Shown: positions 39,774-50,023 of the stretch, piece after piece | Numbering within the stretch: position 1 is the stretch's first letter | Layout of the letters: each line of letters opens with the position of its first letter | NCBI GenBank assembly: GCA_963720545.1 | Contig: OY970399.1 | Location: 1,728,001 to 1,792,000 of the forward strand | From: an uncultured Acidobacteriota bacterium | GTDB taxonomy: Bacteria; Acidobacteriota; Vicinamibacteria; Fen-336 | Length of the DNA: 64,000 bases | Direction: 5' to 3' | Program-made: the position numbers and the translations under genes | The notes under the pieces: generated by a model | What the model was told of the DNA's origin: nothing | Databases searched by the model: none | What the model saw: the letters and a program-made list of their open reading frames with translations, nothing else

Positions 39774-41321
39774 TTAGTGCACATAGCCGAGGGCGCGCAG
39801 CTTTTCGAGAGCCTCGGCGTCCATCGGTACGGCGGCTGGCCGGCTGCCATGCGCGGCGACGGCGCCGCGCAGCTCGGCATCCATCCGGCGCGCGGTCACA
39901 GCGTCGCCCGCGGCGCCACGCGCGAACAGCAGGTTGCGCATCTCGCCGGGATCGCGCGCGAGATCGAAGAGCTGCACCAGCTCCGGCGCAGCCGGGATCG
40001 CCCTGCGGCCCGCGGCCTCGACCTGGGCGGGCGACATCGAGACGACGTACTTGTAGCGGCCGCGGCGCAGGCTCTTCGCTTCGCGGCGGCTGCCGAGCGC
40101 CTCGCTGACCGCGGCGCGCGGCGCGCGTTCGGTTCCGAGCCACAGGGGCTGCAGCGACGCGCCCTGCACGCGTGGCGGCGCTTCCAGGCCGAGCAGGTCG
40201 AGGACGGTCGGCATCACGTCGATGGCGCGCGACACCGGCTGCACGCGCATGCCGCGGTGCGCATTGCCGGCGAGCTTCACCAGCAGCGGGATGCGCACCA
40301 GCTCCTCGTGCAGCGTGTTGCCGTGGGTGTCGTAGAAGGCGCCGTTGCGGGCGCGGCTGCCGCCGGCGCCATGCGCTTCGCCCAGCTGCTCGCCGTGGTC
40401 GCTGGTCACGATCACGAGCGCATCGTCGTAGGTGCCGCTCGCCCTGAGGTGCGCGAACAGGCGCCCGAGCCAGCGGTCGGCCGACGCCACGCCGCCGTCG
40501 TAGAGCGCCGAAGCCACGGTGCTGTTGAAGGCGTCGCGGCGGTGCATGGCGCGGCGCGCGCTGCGCGCGTCGAGGACGCCGGCGTTCGCCGCGCTCAACG
40601 CGTCGAGGTCGGCCTGCAACGCGGTGGCGCCATCGGCCGCGAGCGCCTCCTCCTCGAGGTCGTCCAGGAACTCGCCGCGCAGGTACGGCGCGTGCACCTC
40701 GAAGGTGTGGAAGAAGAGGAAGAATGGCTTGTCGCGCTGTGCGTCGAGCCACGCCAGCATCGGCGCCATGCGCGCGCCGTCGAGCTTGCCCATCGACGAG
40801 TCATAACGCGCGAAGCCGCGTTCGAAGCCGATGCGCGGGTCGAGCGTCACGCCGCCGGTGAAGGCGGCGGTCGCGTAGCCGGCGCTCGCCAGCACCTCGG
40901 GCAGCGTCTTGTGGTCGTCCGCGAGCCGCTCGAAGACCGGCGGCGTCTTCGCCGCGCGGTCTTCGGCCAGGCCGAAAGGACGGGTCACGCCGTGGGCCGA
41001 CGGCAGCAGCGAGGTGAACAGGCTGATGTGGCTTGGCGTGGTCCACGGCGAGGCCGAGACGTGGTTCTCGAAAAGAACCGCGTCCTTCGCCAGCGCGTCG
41101 AGGTTCGGGCTCGTCGCGCGCTGCCGATAGCCATACGCGTTCAGCCGGTCAGCGCGCAGCGTGTCGATCGACACCAGGATGACGGCGCGCGGCGCGGCTC
41201 TGCCTGAGCCGGGGCCTGAGCCGGGGCCAGGGACTGCGGCCGGTGACGGCGCGGCGCGACAGCCCGGGACTGCTGCAAGGGCGGACAGGGCCAGCGCGGC
41301 GAACCGGGCGCGGCGAGACAT
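39774..41321 (-). CDS. Sulfatase-like exported protein (possible lipoprotein), tandem paralog
   Basis: VILVSIDTLRADRL, PWTTPSH, TSDHGE, LRALGY. Confidence 0.85.
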   Translation of the reverse strand: MSRRARFAALALSALAAVPGCRAAPSPAAVPGPGSGPGSGRAAPRAVILVSIDTLRADRLNAYGYRQRATSPNLDALAKDAVLFENHVSASPWTTPSHISLFTSLLPSAHGVTRPFGLAEDRAAKTPPVFERLADDHKTLPEVLASAGYATAAFTGGVTLDPRIGFERGFARYDSSMGKLDGARMAPMLAWLDAQRDKPFFLFFHTFEVHAPYLRGEFLDDLEEEALAADGATALQADLDALSAANAGVLDARSARRAMHRRDAFNSTVASALYDGGVASADRWLGRLFAHLRASGTYDDALVIVTSDHGEQLGEAHGAGGSRARNGAFYDTHGNTLHEELVRIPLLVKLAGNAHRGMRVQPVSRAIDVMPTVLDLLGLEAPPRVQGASLQPLWLGTERAPRAAVSEALGSRREAKSLRRGRYKYVVSMSPAQVEAAGRRAIPAAPELVQLFDLARDPGEMRNLLFARGAAGDAVTARRMDAELRGAVAAHGSRPAAVPMDAEALEKLRALGYVH

Positions 41322-41343
41322 TGGAACGATGTTAAACGCCCGG

Positions 41344-42474
41344 TTACTTTGTTGCGGACTTGTAGCGCGCGACGATCTCGCGGACCTTGTCGATCGGCAG
41401 CGCCTCGACGGTGCGCTCGTGGCCCACCACCGTGGTTGCGCGCAGCATCGAGTTGGCGACCGCTTCCTCGGTGGCTTCGAGCACCGCCTGGAACAGCGGC
41501 GACGTCGCCTCCGGCGTCAGCGCGCCTTGCACGCGCGCCGCCACCGAGTTGTGGGCGGTGCGCATGGCCGGCGCGGTGGAGAACGCAACGGCATAGTCGC
41601 CGCTGCCGTTCGCGAAGGAAGACCCGGTGCGCGCCAGGCCCATCACCGCGCGCGCCGCGAGGCGCTCGAGATCGCGCGCATCGAGCGGCGCGTCGGTCGC
41701 GACCACGATCATGCACGAGCCTTTGGGCCCCTGCTTGTCGACTTCGAACTCGAGGCTTGGTCCAAGCTCGCGCCACAAGGGCACGTTGTCGAGCGTGAGC
41801 GTGCCGCCGAAGTTGGTCTGCACCAGCACGCCGAGCACGTAGCCGCCGAGGTGCCCCGGCAGCACCCGTGACGACGTGCCGATGCCACCCTTCCAGCCGA
41901 ACGCGACCGTGCCGGCGCCGGCGCCGACGCTGCCTTCGTCCACCGCTCCGTCCTTCGCGGCGGCGAGCGCCGCGAGCACGTCGTCACGCTTCACCGGCAG
42001 CGAGCGGATGTCGTTGAGCGCCCAGCCGTCGTTGGTTTCGCCCACCACCGCGTTCACCGAGCGGACGTTGTCGTTGCCCGGCTGGCGCAGGGTCCACTGC
42101 ACCACGGCCTCCATCGCGGTGCCGACCGCAAGCGTGTTGGTCAGCACGATCGGCGTCTCGATGGTGCCGAGCTCGCGCACCTGGCTGAGGCCGGCGAGCT
42201 TGCCGAAGCCGTTGCCGACGTAGATGGCGCCGGCGACCTTGTCCTGGAAGAGGTTGCCGCGGTGCGGCAGCACCGCGGTGACACCCGTGTGGATGTCCTT
42301 GCCGACGGCGAGTGTCTTCTGCCCCACCAGCACGCCGGCAACGTCGGTGATCGCGTTCAGAGCGCCGGTGGCGAACACGCCGGGCGCGATGCCCACCTCG
42401 CGGGCCCGCGGCCGGTTTCCGGTTTCAGTCGTGGTCATGAGGGTGGCCGCCGCAAGCAGGAGCGCCGGCTTCAT
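41344..42474 (-). CDS. P1/DmpA (S58) family aminopeptidase
   Basis: NAITDVAGVLVG, NGFGKLAG, VVGETND, KGGIGTSSR, GSCMIVVATDAPL, SGDYAVAFS. Confidence 0.9.
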   Translation of the reverse strand: MKPALLLAAATLMTTTETGNRPRAREVGIAPGVFATGALNAITDVAGVLVGQKTLAVGKDIHTGVTAVLPHRGNLFQDKVAGAIYVGNGFGKLAGLSQVRELGTIETPIVLTNTLAVGTAMEAVVQWTLRQPGNDNVRSVNAVVGETNDGWALNDIRSLPVKRDDVLAALAAAKDGAVDEGSVGAGAGTVAFGWKGGIGTSSRVLPGHLGGYVLGVLVQTNFGGTLTLDNVPLWRELGPSLEFEVDKQGPKGSCMIVVATDAPLDARDLERLAARAVMGLARTGSSFANGSGDYAVAFSTAPAMRTAHNSVAARVQGALTPEATSPLFQAVLEATEEAVANSMLRATTVVGHERTVEALPIDKVREIVARYKSATK

Positions 42475-44531
42475 TCCGCCGGCGCCTTCGCCCAGGTGTA
42501 GGTGCGGCCGCGGGCGTACTTCTCGAACCAGTCGAGCTCGACGTTGATCTTGAAGAGCCGGTGGCGCAGCTCGTCCCAGACGTGCGGTTCGCGCGGCGCG
42601 ATGTAGAGGTGCGTCGGCACGCCGTTCGACTTGAGTGCGCGGTGCATCTCGTACGACTGCGGCGGCGGCACCCGCACGTCGGCCTCGCCGACCAGGAAAA
42701 TGGTCGGGGTCTTCACCTTCGCGACGTCCTTGATCGGCGAGTGCTCCCAGAAGAGGTCGATGCGAGCGCCCTGCGACCACGGGGTGCCGAGGAACCACGG
42801 CTCGCGGTAGCTGCGGGTGTCGCTCTGGCCGAACATCGACAGCCAGTTGGCAGCGCCCGCGCCCGAGGACGCGGCCTTGAAGCGGTCGGTGAAGGTGATG
42901 ATCTTGTTGGTCATGTGGCCGCCGGCGCTCCAGCCCATCTTCACCAGGCGGTCGGGATCGGCGAGGCCGATGGCGATGGCCTTGTCGACGCCGGCCATGA
43001 CGTCGAGGTGCGACTGCTTGAAGTAGCCGCCCACCATGTCGCGCATGAAGGCGTCGCCGTAGCCGGTGCTGCCGCGGTAGTTCGGCTGCAGCACCGCGTA
43101 ACCCATGCCGGTCAGCACCTTCGCGTACTCCGACCAGTCGCCGAAGATCAGGCGGTCCGAGGAGCGCGGCCCGCCGTGGGTCTGTACCACCAGCGGATAG
43201 CGCTGTCCGGGAACGTAGTCGACGGGATAGTGCAGGACGCCGTCGACGGTGACGCCGTCCGCACCCTGCCACTCGAGCCGTTCCACCTTGCCGAGCTTGA
43301 AGTCGCGCGCGTATCGCTCCGACACATGCGTCACCTGGCGCGGCGCGGCGCTTGCCGTCGCTGCCGCCGGCTTGCCCGCCGGTGAAGCGACATCCAGCAT
43401 CCAGATCTCGCCGGGGTTGTCCGGCTGGTCTACCACGAGCGCGGCGCGGCCGAGCTTTGGCACGTACGACAATCCTGACAGCTCGTGGTCGCCCTTCGTC
43501 AGCTGGCGATACTTGCCGCTCGTGAGCTCGAGCACGAACAGCTCGTTGCGCACCCCCAGGTTGGCGCCGAGCAGCAGCGAACGCCCGTCGGCGGTGAACA
43601 CCGCCCGGTCGATGGCATACGGAAAGTTCGGCGCCGCCACCCGCGGCGTGCCGCCCTGCGCCGGCACCAGGAACGCGCGGTTCGCGTAGTACGGCGCGAA
43701 CTTGTCGTTGGCGCCGCTGGTGAAGACCACCTGGCTGTTGTCGGGCGAAAGCGACGGAAACGACTCGTCCACCTTGTTGTCGGTGAGCCGCAGCGCGTTC
43801 CTGCCGTCCACGTCCATCACCCACACCTCGGCGCGGTCGTTGTCGCCGAAGCGCGGGCTCGGTGCGCGCAGCAGCGCGATGCGCCGGCCGTCCTGCGAGA
43901 TGCTGTACTGCAGGACCGTGTAGTCGCCGCTCGTCACCTGCTCTTCCTTCTGGCCTGGCTCAAGGCCCTGGCGCCACAGGTGAACCTGCTTTTCCTCTTC
44001 ATCGAGGGCGAAGACGTCGTCCTTGGCCTTCTTCTTCGCGGCTTCCTCGGCGCTCTCCTTGTCGGCGGCGAGAAACAGGACGGCGTTGCCGTCGCGGGAC
44101 CATTGCGGGTTCGAGACGCCGGTCGAGTGGTGCGTCAGCGCCAGCGCCTCGCCGCCGTCCTTCGGCATCACGTAGGCCTGGTTGCGCTCCTCGCCGGGCC
44201 GTTTGGTGGTGAACAGGAAGCGGCTGCCGTCGGGCGACCAGCGCGGGCTCGATTCGCCGTTGGCGCCGGAAGTGAACTGGCGCCCGCCGCTGCCGTCGGC
44301 GCGCACGCGATGGATGTGCCGGATCCGCTTGTTCTCCTTCCAGTCGGCGACGCTCACGGTATAGAGGATCTCGGCGCCGTCGGGCGAAAGTTGCGGGTCG
44401 CCGAGCTCCGGCACCTCGAGCATGTCGATCACGGTCATGGGCTTGCGCTCGGCCGGCGCGGCAATGGCAGGCGTGACGCACGCGGCGGTCAGCAGGAAGG
44501 CGGATGCGACGCAGCGGGCAGGTGTCAGCAC
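42471..44531 (-). CDS. Secreted S9 family peptidase (beta-propeller plus prolyl-oligopeptidase domain)
   Basis: SPDG repeats, HGGP, NYRGSTGYG, GWSAGG, DVRVP, EPH. Confidence 0.92.
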   Translation of the reverse strand: MLTPARCVASAFLLTAACVTPAIAAPAERKPMTVIDMLEVPELGDPQLSPDGAEILYTVSVADWKENKRIRHIHRVRADGSGGRQFTSGANGESSPRWSPDGSRFLFTTKRPGEERNQAYVMPKDGGEALALTHHSTGVSNPQWSRDGNAVLFLAADKESAEEAAKKKAKDDVFALDEEEKQVHLWRQGLEPGQKEEQVTSGDYTVLQYSISQDGRRIALLRAPSPRFGDNDRAEVWVMDVDGRNALRLTDNKVDESFPSLSPDNSQVVFTSGANDKFAPYYANRAFLVPAQGGTPRVAAPNFPYAIDRAVFTADGRSLLLGANLGVRNELFVLELTSGKYRQLTKGDHELSGLSYVPKLGRAALVVDQPDNPGEIWMLDVASPAGKPAAATASAAPRQVTHVSERYARDFKLGKVERLEWQGADGVTVDGVLHYPVDYVPGQRYPLVVQTHGGPRSSDRLIFGDWSEYAKVLTGMGYAVLQPNYRGSTGYGDAFMRDMVGGYFKQSHLDVMAGVDKAIAIGLADPDRLVKMGWSAGGHMTNKIITFTDRFKAASSGAGAANWLSMFGQSDTRSYREPWFLGTPWSQGARIDLFWEHSPIKDVAKVKTPTIFLVGEADVRVPPPQSYEMHRALKSNGVPTHLYIAPREPHVWDELRHRLFKINVELDWFEKYARGRTYTWAKAPAE

Positions 44532-44585
44532 GGGCGAGATACTATCTCGCTTGCCAAGACGTGGCGACGCGTGCCGCAGCGCGTC

Positions 44586-45125
44586 TCAGTACTTGAGACG
44601 GAGAAGACGCGGGGCCTGCCCCGCTTGCGGCACCAGCACGAACAGGTTGTCGTACTCGTCGTCGTCCAGTTCGAATTCGCCGGGGTTGCCGAAAGCGTGC
44701 GCAATCCGACCCACCGTGTTGCTGTGGCCGACGTAAAGCACCACGTCATCGGGATGCTCCGCGCGCATGTTGGCGACGGTCGCCGCCACCTCCTTCGCGT
44801 CCATCGTGATGGGCGTGAGCTTCAGGGCGGCGGCGAGTGGCGCCGCCGTCAGGCTGGTCCTGCGGTACTGGGTGACGTAGATCGCCTTGATGTTTGCGGC
44901 CGCAAGGTGCCGGGCGAGGGTGGCAGCGCGTTCAATGCCTTGCGCCGACAGGACCGGATCGTCGGCCTGGTCGTCGGCTTTCTCGGCGTGACGCACCAGG
45001 ATGACCGCCTGCTGGGCACGCGCCTCGCCCGCGGCGGCCAGGAGCAACACAGCCGCGATTGCGCGCAGCAAGGGCCGGGCGCAACGCATCGGGTTCCGGT
45101 TCCGCTGGTTCTCCTCCGGGATCAT
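44586..45125 (-). CDS. Secreted histidine phosphatase family protein
   Basis: VILVRHAEK, LSAQGIERA, VGHSNT; start at 45125 or 45089. Confidence 0.85.
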   Translation of the reverse strand: MIPEENQRNRNPMRCARPLLRAIAAVLLLAAAGEARAQQAVILVRHAEKADDQADDPVLSAQGIERAATLARHLAAANIKAIYVTQYRRTSLTAAPLAAALKLTPITMDAKEVAATVANMRAEHPDDVVLYVGHSNTVGRIAHAFGNPGEFELDDDEYDNLFVLVPQAGQAPRLLRLKY

Positions 45126-48100
45126 GTGGGATCGACGACGAGGGCGCGGCGCTTGCGGCGCCCGGCCCAGGAAGCGACCGCGTCGTCGATCAGGCTGTAG
45201 GCCGACGGCACCACGAACAGCGAGATCAGGGTCGAGACCGTGATGCCGCCAACCAGGGCGATCGCCATGGGCCGCTGCAGCTCGGCGCCGGGGCCGATGG
45301 CAAGCGCCGGCGGCAGGGCGCCGGCGATGGTCGCGATCGAGGTCATGAGGATCGGCCGCAGCCGCACCGGGCACGCCTGCAGCAGCGCGTCGTTCGCGCC
45401 GAGCCCCTTCGCGCGGAACTGGTTGGTGAAGTCCACCAGGAGGATGGAGTTTTTCTTCGCCAGGCCCATCAACAATATCAGCCCGAGGAAGCTGTACATG
45501 TTGATCGACTGGCCGAACACCCACAGCGCCACGATCGCGCCGCTGAAGCTGAACGGCAGCGCCAGCAGCACCGTGAAGGGGTGGGTGAAGGCGTTGAACT
45601 GGGTCGCGAGCACCATGTAGGCGACGATGATGCCGAGCGTCATCGCGAAGCCGAGCGAGCTGAACGACTCGGCGAAGGTCTGGCTGGTGCCCGAGGGCAG
45701 CGCGCGGTAGCCATCGGGCAGCGCGCGCTGCGCGAGCGCCACGGTTTCCTCGATCGCGTCCTGCTGCGAGGCGCCCGGCGCCACGTTCGCGAACAGCGTG
45801 ATGGCGCGCTCGCGGTCGCGGCGCGTGATGGCCTGCAGGCTCGGCCGCTGCTCGATGCGCACCAGGTCGCCGAGGCGCACCAGCTCGCCGTTGCCGGCGC
45901 GCACCAGCAGCCGCTCGATGTCTTCGGGGCGGGTGCGCTGCGGCGCCAGCAGGCGCACGCGGATGTCGAAGCGCCGGCCCTTGTCCTTGAACTTGCCGAC
46001 GCGCTCGCCGCCGATCGCCGAGTTGATGGTCTGGCCGATGGTTTCCATGCTGACGCCCACGTCCGCGGCCTTGTCGCGGTTGGGGATCACCTGTACTTCC
46101 GGCATGCCGACCTGGTAGTCGCTGTCGATGTCGATCACCTTCCCGGTGTCGCGCATCTGGTCCATGATGATGTGCGACTTCTCGGCGAGCGTGTCCCAGT
46201 CTGGGCCGCGGATCGAGACCTCCACCGGGAAGCCGCGGCCCGAGCTGAACCCCTGCTGCGACGGGTCGAGGATGGCGCCGCGCGCGCCGGGGATGGCGTT
46301 CACCTGCGTGCGCACGATGTTCATGAACTCCGCCTGCGACAGCCGGTGGCCGGCCTTCGGGTCGCGCGGCCGGTCGCCCGGATCTTTCATGGTGACGAAC
46401 AGGAAGCCGCTGTTCACCTGGCTGCTGCCGCCACCGCCGCCGCCGCCCACCGCGCCGAAGAAGCGGTCCACCTCCGGGCGGTCCTGCAGGATCTTCTCGA
46501 TCGCCGCGAAGGCGCGGTCGGTGGCGTCGAGGCTGGTGCCGACCGGGGTCTGGAAACGGATCTGGAAGCGGCTCGAATCCTGCTGCGGCACGAACTCGCG
46601 CGGCAGGACCCCGCTGAACCAGAACGCGACCGACAGCGCAAACAGCGCCGCGGCGCCGGCGAGGATGACGGCGCGGTGGTGCAGGGTCGGCACCAGCAGC
46701 TGCGCGTAGCGCGCCGCCACCCGCTCGAACGCGCGGTCGACCGCGGTGCCCAGCCGGCCGCGCTTCGCCTCCAGCTCGAGGAAGCGCGACAGCCGCATCG
46801 GGGTGAGGGTCAGCGCCTCCAGCAACGACAGCAGCACCGCCACCGAGATGGTCACGCCGAACTGGAAGAAGTACTTGCCGACGATGCCCTTCATGAACGC
46901 CACCGGCAGGAAGATGGCGATGATGGCCGCGGTGGCCGCGGCCGCGGCGAAGGTGATCTCGCGCGCGCCGACCGACGCCGCCTGCACCTTGCCCGCGCCG
47001 TGCTCGCGGTGGCGATAGATGTTCTCGAGCACCATGATCGCGTCGTCGACGACGATGCCGACGATCAGCGTCAGCCCCAGCACCGTGAAGGTGTTGAGCG
47101 TGAAGCCGAGGAAGTACATGACGATGAAGGTGCCGAGGATCGAGGTGGGTATCGCGAGCAGGACGTTGAGCGTCGAGGACCACGACCCGAGGAACAGCCA
47201 GCAGACGAGGCCGGTGAGCAGCGAGGCCAGCACCAGCGTGAAGAGGATCTCGTTGATCGAGTGCTCGATGAAGGTGGTGCTGTCGAAGTTGACGCTCAGG
47301 TCGACGCCCTCCGGCAGGTCCGGGCGCAGTTGCTCGATGCGGTTCTTGATGAGGTGGCCCACCTCGACCGCGTTGGCGCCGCGCAGTTTGCGCATGCCGA
47401 AGCCGATCGAGGTGTTGCCCATGGTGCGGGCGATGCGGCGGCGGTCCTCGAGCCCGTCCTCCACGACCGCCACGTCCTTGAGCCGCACCGGCGTGCCGCT
47501 GCGGAACGCGAGCACCAGGTTGGCGAAGGCGGTGAGGTCGACGGCCTCGCCCTCGGCGCGCACGTTCATCTCGCGCTCGGCGCTTTCGATGCGGCCGGCG
47601 GGCATCTCGAGGTGCTCGCGGAGGATGGCGTCGTTCACGTCCTGCACCGTGAGGCCCTGCGCCTCGAGGCGCGGCGCGTCGTACCAGACGCGGATGTTGC
47701 GCTCGCGGTAACCGCCGAGGTTGATCTCGCCGACACCGGGAAGCGTCTGGAACGCGGGCCGCAGCACGTTGCGCACGTAGTCGGCGAGGAAGGTCGGCGA
47801 GCGCGAACCCGAGAGCGACAGCCACATGATCGGCTGGTCCTCGGGGTTGCTCTTGCTGATGATCGGCGGGTCGATCTCGCGCGGCAGCCGGCGCGCCGCC
47901 TGCGCCACCCGCGTCTGCACGTCCTGCAGGGCTGCGTCGATGTTGCGGTTCAGCTCGAACTCGACGGTGACGTCGCAGCTGCCCTGCCGCGAGGTGGAGC
48001 GGATCTCCTTCACCCCTTCGATCGAGGTGAGCGAGTCCTCGACGAAGTCGGCGACGTCCGACTCCATCACCTCGGGCGACGCGCCCTCATACGTAATGGA

Positions 48101-48307
48101 GACGTTCACCACCGGGAAGTCGACGTCGGGGTTCTGGCTGACTCCGAGGCCGGGCATGACCTCGCCCCAGCCCTTGAACACCAGCAGCCCGAAGCCGATC
48201 AGCGCGAACATCAGGATCCAGGCGAACACGTGGTTGCGGATGGAGATGTCCGCAAGCGTCATGCCGGTCGCGATCTGCTTCGGGTCTTCCTTTTCTTCTT
48301 GCGTCAC
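45122..48307 (-). CDS. RND efflux permease (AcrB/MdtC-like)
   Basis: PDVDFPVV, GIVVDDAIMVLENI, AKKNSILLVDF, RLRPILMTS. Confidence 0.95.
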   Translation of the reverse strand: MTQEEKEDPKQIATGMTLADISIRNHVFAWILMFALIGFGLLVFKGWGEVMPGLGVSQNPDVDFPVVNVSITYEGASPEVMESDVADFVEDSLTSIEGVKEIRSTSRQGSCDVTVEFELNRNIDAALQDVQTRVAQAARRLPREIDPPIISKSNPEDQPIMWLSLSGSRSPTFLADYVRNVLRPAFQTLPGVGEINLGGYRERNIRVWYDAPRLEAQGLTVQDVNDAILREHLEMPAGRIESAEREMNVRAEGEAVDLTAFANLVLAFRSGTPVRLKDVAVVEDGLEDRRRIARTMGNTSIGFGMRKLRGANAVEVGHLIKNRIEQLRPDLPEGVDLSVNFDSTTFIEHSINEILFTLVLASLLTGLVCWLFLGSWSSTLNVLLAIPTSILGTFIVMYFLGFTLNTFTVLGLTLIVGIVVDDAIMVLENIYRHREHGAGKVQAASVGAREITFAAAAATAAIIAIFLPVAFMKGIVGKYFFQFGVTISVAVLLSLLEALTLTPMRLSRFLELEAKRGRLGTAVDRAFERVAARYAQLLVPTLHHRAVILAGAAALFALSVAFWFSGVLPREFVPQQDSSRFQIRFQTPVGTSLDATDRAFAAIEKILQDRPEVDRFFGAVGGGGGGGSSQVNSGFLFVTMKDPGDRPRDPKAGHRLSQAEFMNIVRTQVNAIPGARGAILDPSQQGFSSGRGFPVEVSIRGPDWDTLAEKSHIIMDQMRDTGKVIDIDSDYQVGMPEVQVIPNRDKAADVGVSMETIGQTINSAIGGERVGKFKDKGRRFDIRVRLLAPQRTRPEDIERLLVRAGNGELVRLGDLVRIEQRPSLQAITRRDRERAITLFANVAPGASQQDAIEETVALAQRALPDGYRALPSGTSQTFAESFSSLGFAMTLGIIVAYMVLATQFNAFTHPFTVLLALPFSFSGAIVALWVFGQSINMYSFLGLILLMGLAKKNSILLVDFTNQFRAKGLGANDALLQACPVRLRPILMTSIATIAGALPPALAIGPGAELQRPMAIALVGGITVSTLISLFVVPSAYSLIDDAVASWAGRRKRRALVVDPT

Positions 48308-49446
48308 TGTGCCGCCCGCGCGCCGTCGGGGCTGGGTCCGGCGCCCGCCTCCTGCACGGCCATGCCGTCGGTGAGCCGGTCGGAGCCTTCGGTGACCACG
48401 GTCTCGCCGCCCTTGATGCCGGAAACGATCTCGACGATTCCCTCCTGCGTGCGCAGGCCGATTTCAACCGGCCGCAGCTTCGCCTTGCCCGCCGCGACCG
48501 AATACACGACGAAACCCTTCTCGCTCGCCTGGATCGCGCCTTCGGGCACGACCGTCGCGTTCTTGTGCGTCTCGGTCGCGAGGTTCACCTCGGCGAAGAA
48601 GCCGGGCTTCAACTCGCCGGGGTTCTTCACCCAGGCGAGCACCTCCACCTGGCGGGTGGCGGCGTCGGCGACGTCGCTGACGTGGTACACGCGCGCATCG
48701 AAGACTTTCGGGCCGAGCGGGCCGACCTTGAAGCGCACGGTGTCGCCCTCTTTGGTGCGCAGCGACTCGCCCTCGCCGATCTTGAAGCGCAGCCGCAAGC
48801 GGCTGGTGTCGACCAGCGTCGCGAGCACCGCGCCGATCTGGACGAACTGCCCGGTCTCGACCGTCTTGGAATTGATCATGCCGGCGCGCGAGGGACGCAC
48901 GCTGGCGCGGCGCTGGTTCTGCGCGGCGAGGTCGCTTGCTGCCTTGTTCGCCTGTGCGTCCGCCTCGAGGCGCTGCGCATCGGCGCGCGCCGTGTTCAGT
49001 TCCTCGGCCGCGACCAGCTGTTCCTTCGCCAGCTCCTCGCGGCGGCGCAGGTCGGAGGCGGCGCGCGAGGCATCGGCGACGGAGCGCCGCCAGGTGGCGT
49101 CGGCGCGCTCGGCTTCGAGGCGATAGCGGTTGGGATCGATCTGCACCAGAACCGTGCCCGGACCCACACGGTCGCCCTCGTTGAAGCGAACCTGGCCCAC
49201 GGCGCCGGCGACCTCGGCGGTCACCTGCACCAGTTCCTCGGGCTCGAGCGAGCCGACCGCCTTGACGTCGTAGGTGACGTCGCGAACCGCGACCGCAGCG
49301 GTGCGCACGCGCAGGGCGCGGGATGCCGCCGCGGAGCCGTTGGCAGCCGGCTTGCCGCCGGCGCCCTTGCAGCCGGAGGACAGCGCGGCCGCCGCGGTGC
49401 AGAGCGCCAGAAGCAGCCTCGCAACAACCATTGCACCGTTATTCAT
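48304..49446 (-). CDS. RND periplasmic adaptor subunit (probable lipoprotein)
   Basis: LSSGC lipobox-like motif, FNEGDRVGPG, LKPGFF. Confidence 0.9.
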   Translation of the reverse strand: MNNGAMVVARLLLALCTAAAALSSGCKGAGGKPAANGSAAASRALRVRTAAVAVRDVTYDVKAVGSLEPEELVQVTAEVAGAVGQVRFNEGDRVGPGTVLVQIDPNRYRLEAERADATWRRSVADASRAASDLRRREELAKEQLVAAEELNTARADAQRLEADAQANKAASDLAAQNQRRASVRPSRAGMINSKTVETGQFVQIGAVLATLVDTSRLRLRFKIGEGESLRTKEGDTVRFKVGPLGPKVFDARVYHVSDVADAATRQVEVLAWVKNPGELKPGFFAEVNLATETHKNATVVPEGAIQASEKGFVVYSVAAGKAKLRPVEIGLRTQEGIVEIVSGIKGGETVVTEGSDRLTDGMAVQEAGAGPSPDGARAAQ

Positions 49447-49588
49447 GATTCATTGAGTTTCGAAAGAACGTTAAGCGAGACCCCCGCGGTGCACCAAGGC
49501 GCGAGGGCACAGCTCGCGTTAAACGTTGTGGCCACAGTGTCTTAGGCTCTCATATACTCGTCGCAAGCTTCAGGATGGAGGCATTCTC

Positions 49589-50023
49589 GTGTCGCCAACG
49601 CTACGGTCGCACTTTTCCGATTACGCCTCCTTTCATCGCACTGCCGGCAACCAGGCGTGCCATGCGGTGGGCATTCCGCTGATCGTGCTGTCGCTGTTCG
49701 CGATGATGACGGGCGCCACCCTCGGCACCGTCGCGGGCTACCCCTTGTCGCTCGCGGAGGTGGTGCTGGTGCTCGTCACGCTCTACTACCTGACGCTCGA
49801 CGCCGTGCTCGCGGCCGCCATGCTCGCCGCCTCGGTCCTGATGATCGTCGTCGGCCGCCGGATCCCCTTCTGGTGGGCCCTCGGCCTGTTCGCGGTCGGG
49901 TGGGCGTTCCAGTTCGTCGGCCACTACCGCTACGAGAAAAAGTCGCCGGCCTTCTACAAGAACCTCACGCACCTGTTGGTGGGGCCGCTCTGGATCCTGG
50001 CGAAGGCCGTCGGGCGCGCATGA
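49589..50023 (+). CDS. Mpo1-like (DUF962) membrane protein
   Basis: YASFHRTAGNQACHAVGIP, FQFVGH..EKKSPAF; GGAGG RBS. Confidence 0.85.
   Translation: MSPTLRSHFSDYASFHRTAGNQACHAVGIPLIVLSLFAMMTGATLGTVAGYPLSLAEVVLVLVTLYYLTLDAVLAAAMLAASVLMIVVGRRIPFWWALGLFAVGWAFQFVGHYRYEKKSPAFYKNLTHLLVGPLWILAKAVGRA

Noticed and set aside
41202..41228. 12-bp tandem repeat GCCTGAGCCGGG as a phase-variation locus
   Set aside because: In frame, only ~2 copies, and it encodes a GPGS linker after the signal peptide.
45059..49126. 1355-aa plus-strand ORF and other long antisense ORFs (e.g. 32046-34865, 13727-15706, 10609-12789, 20590-22641)
   Set aside because: Shadow frames of high-GC genes on the opposite strand, with no recognisable motifs.
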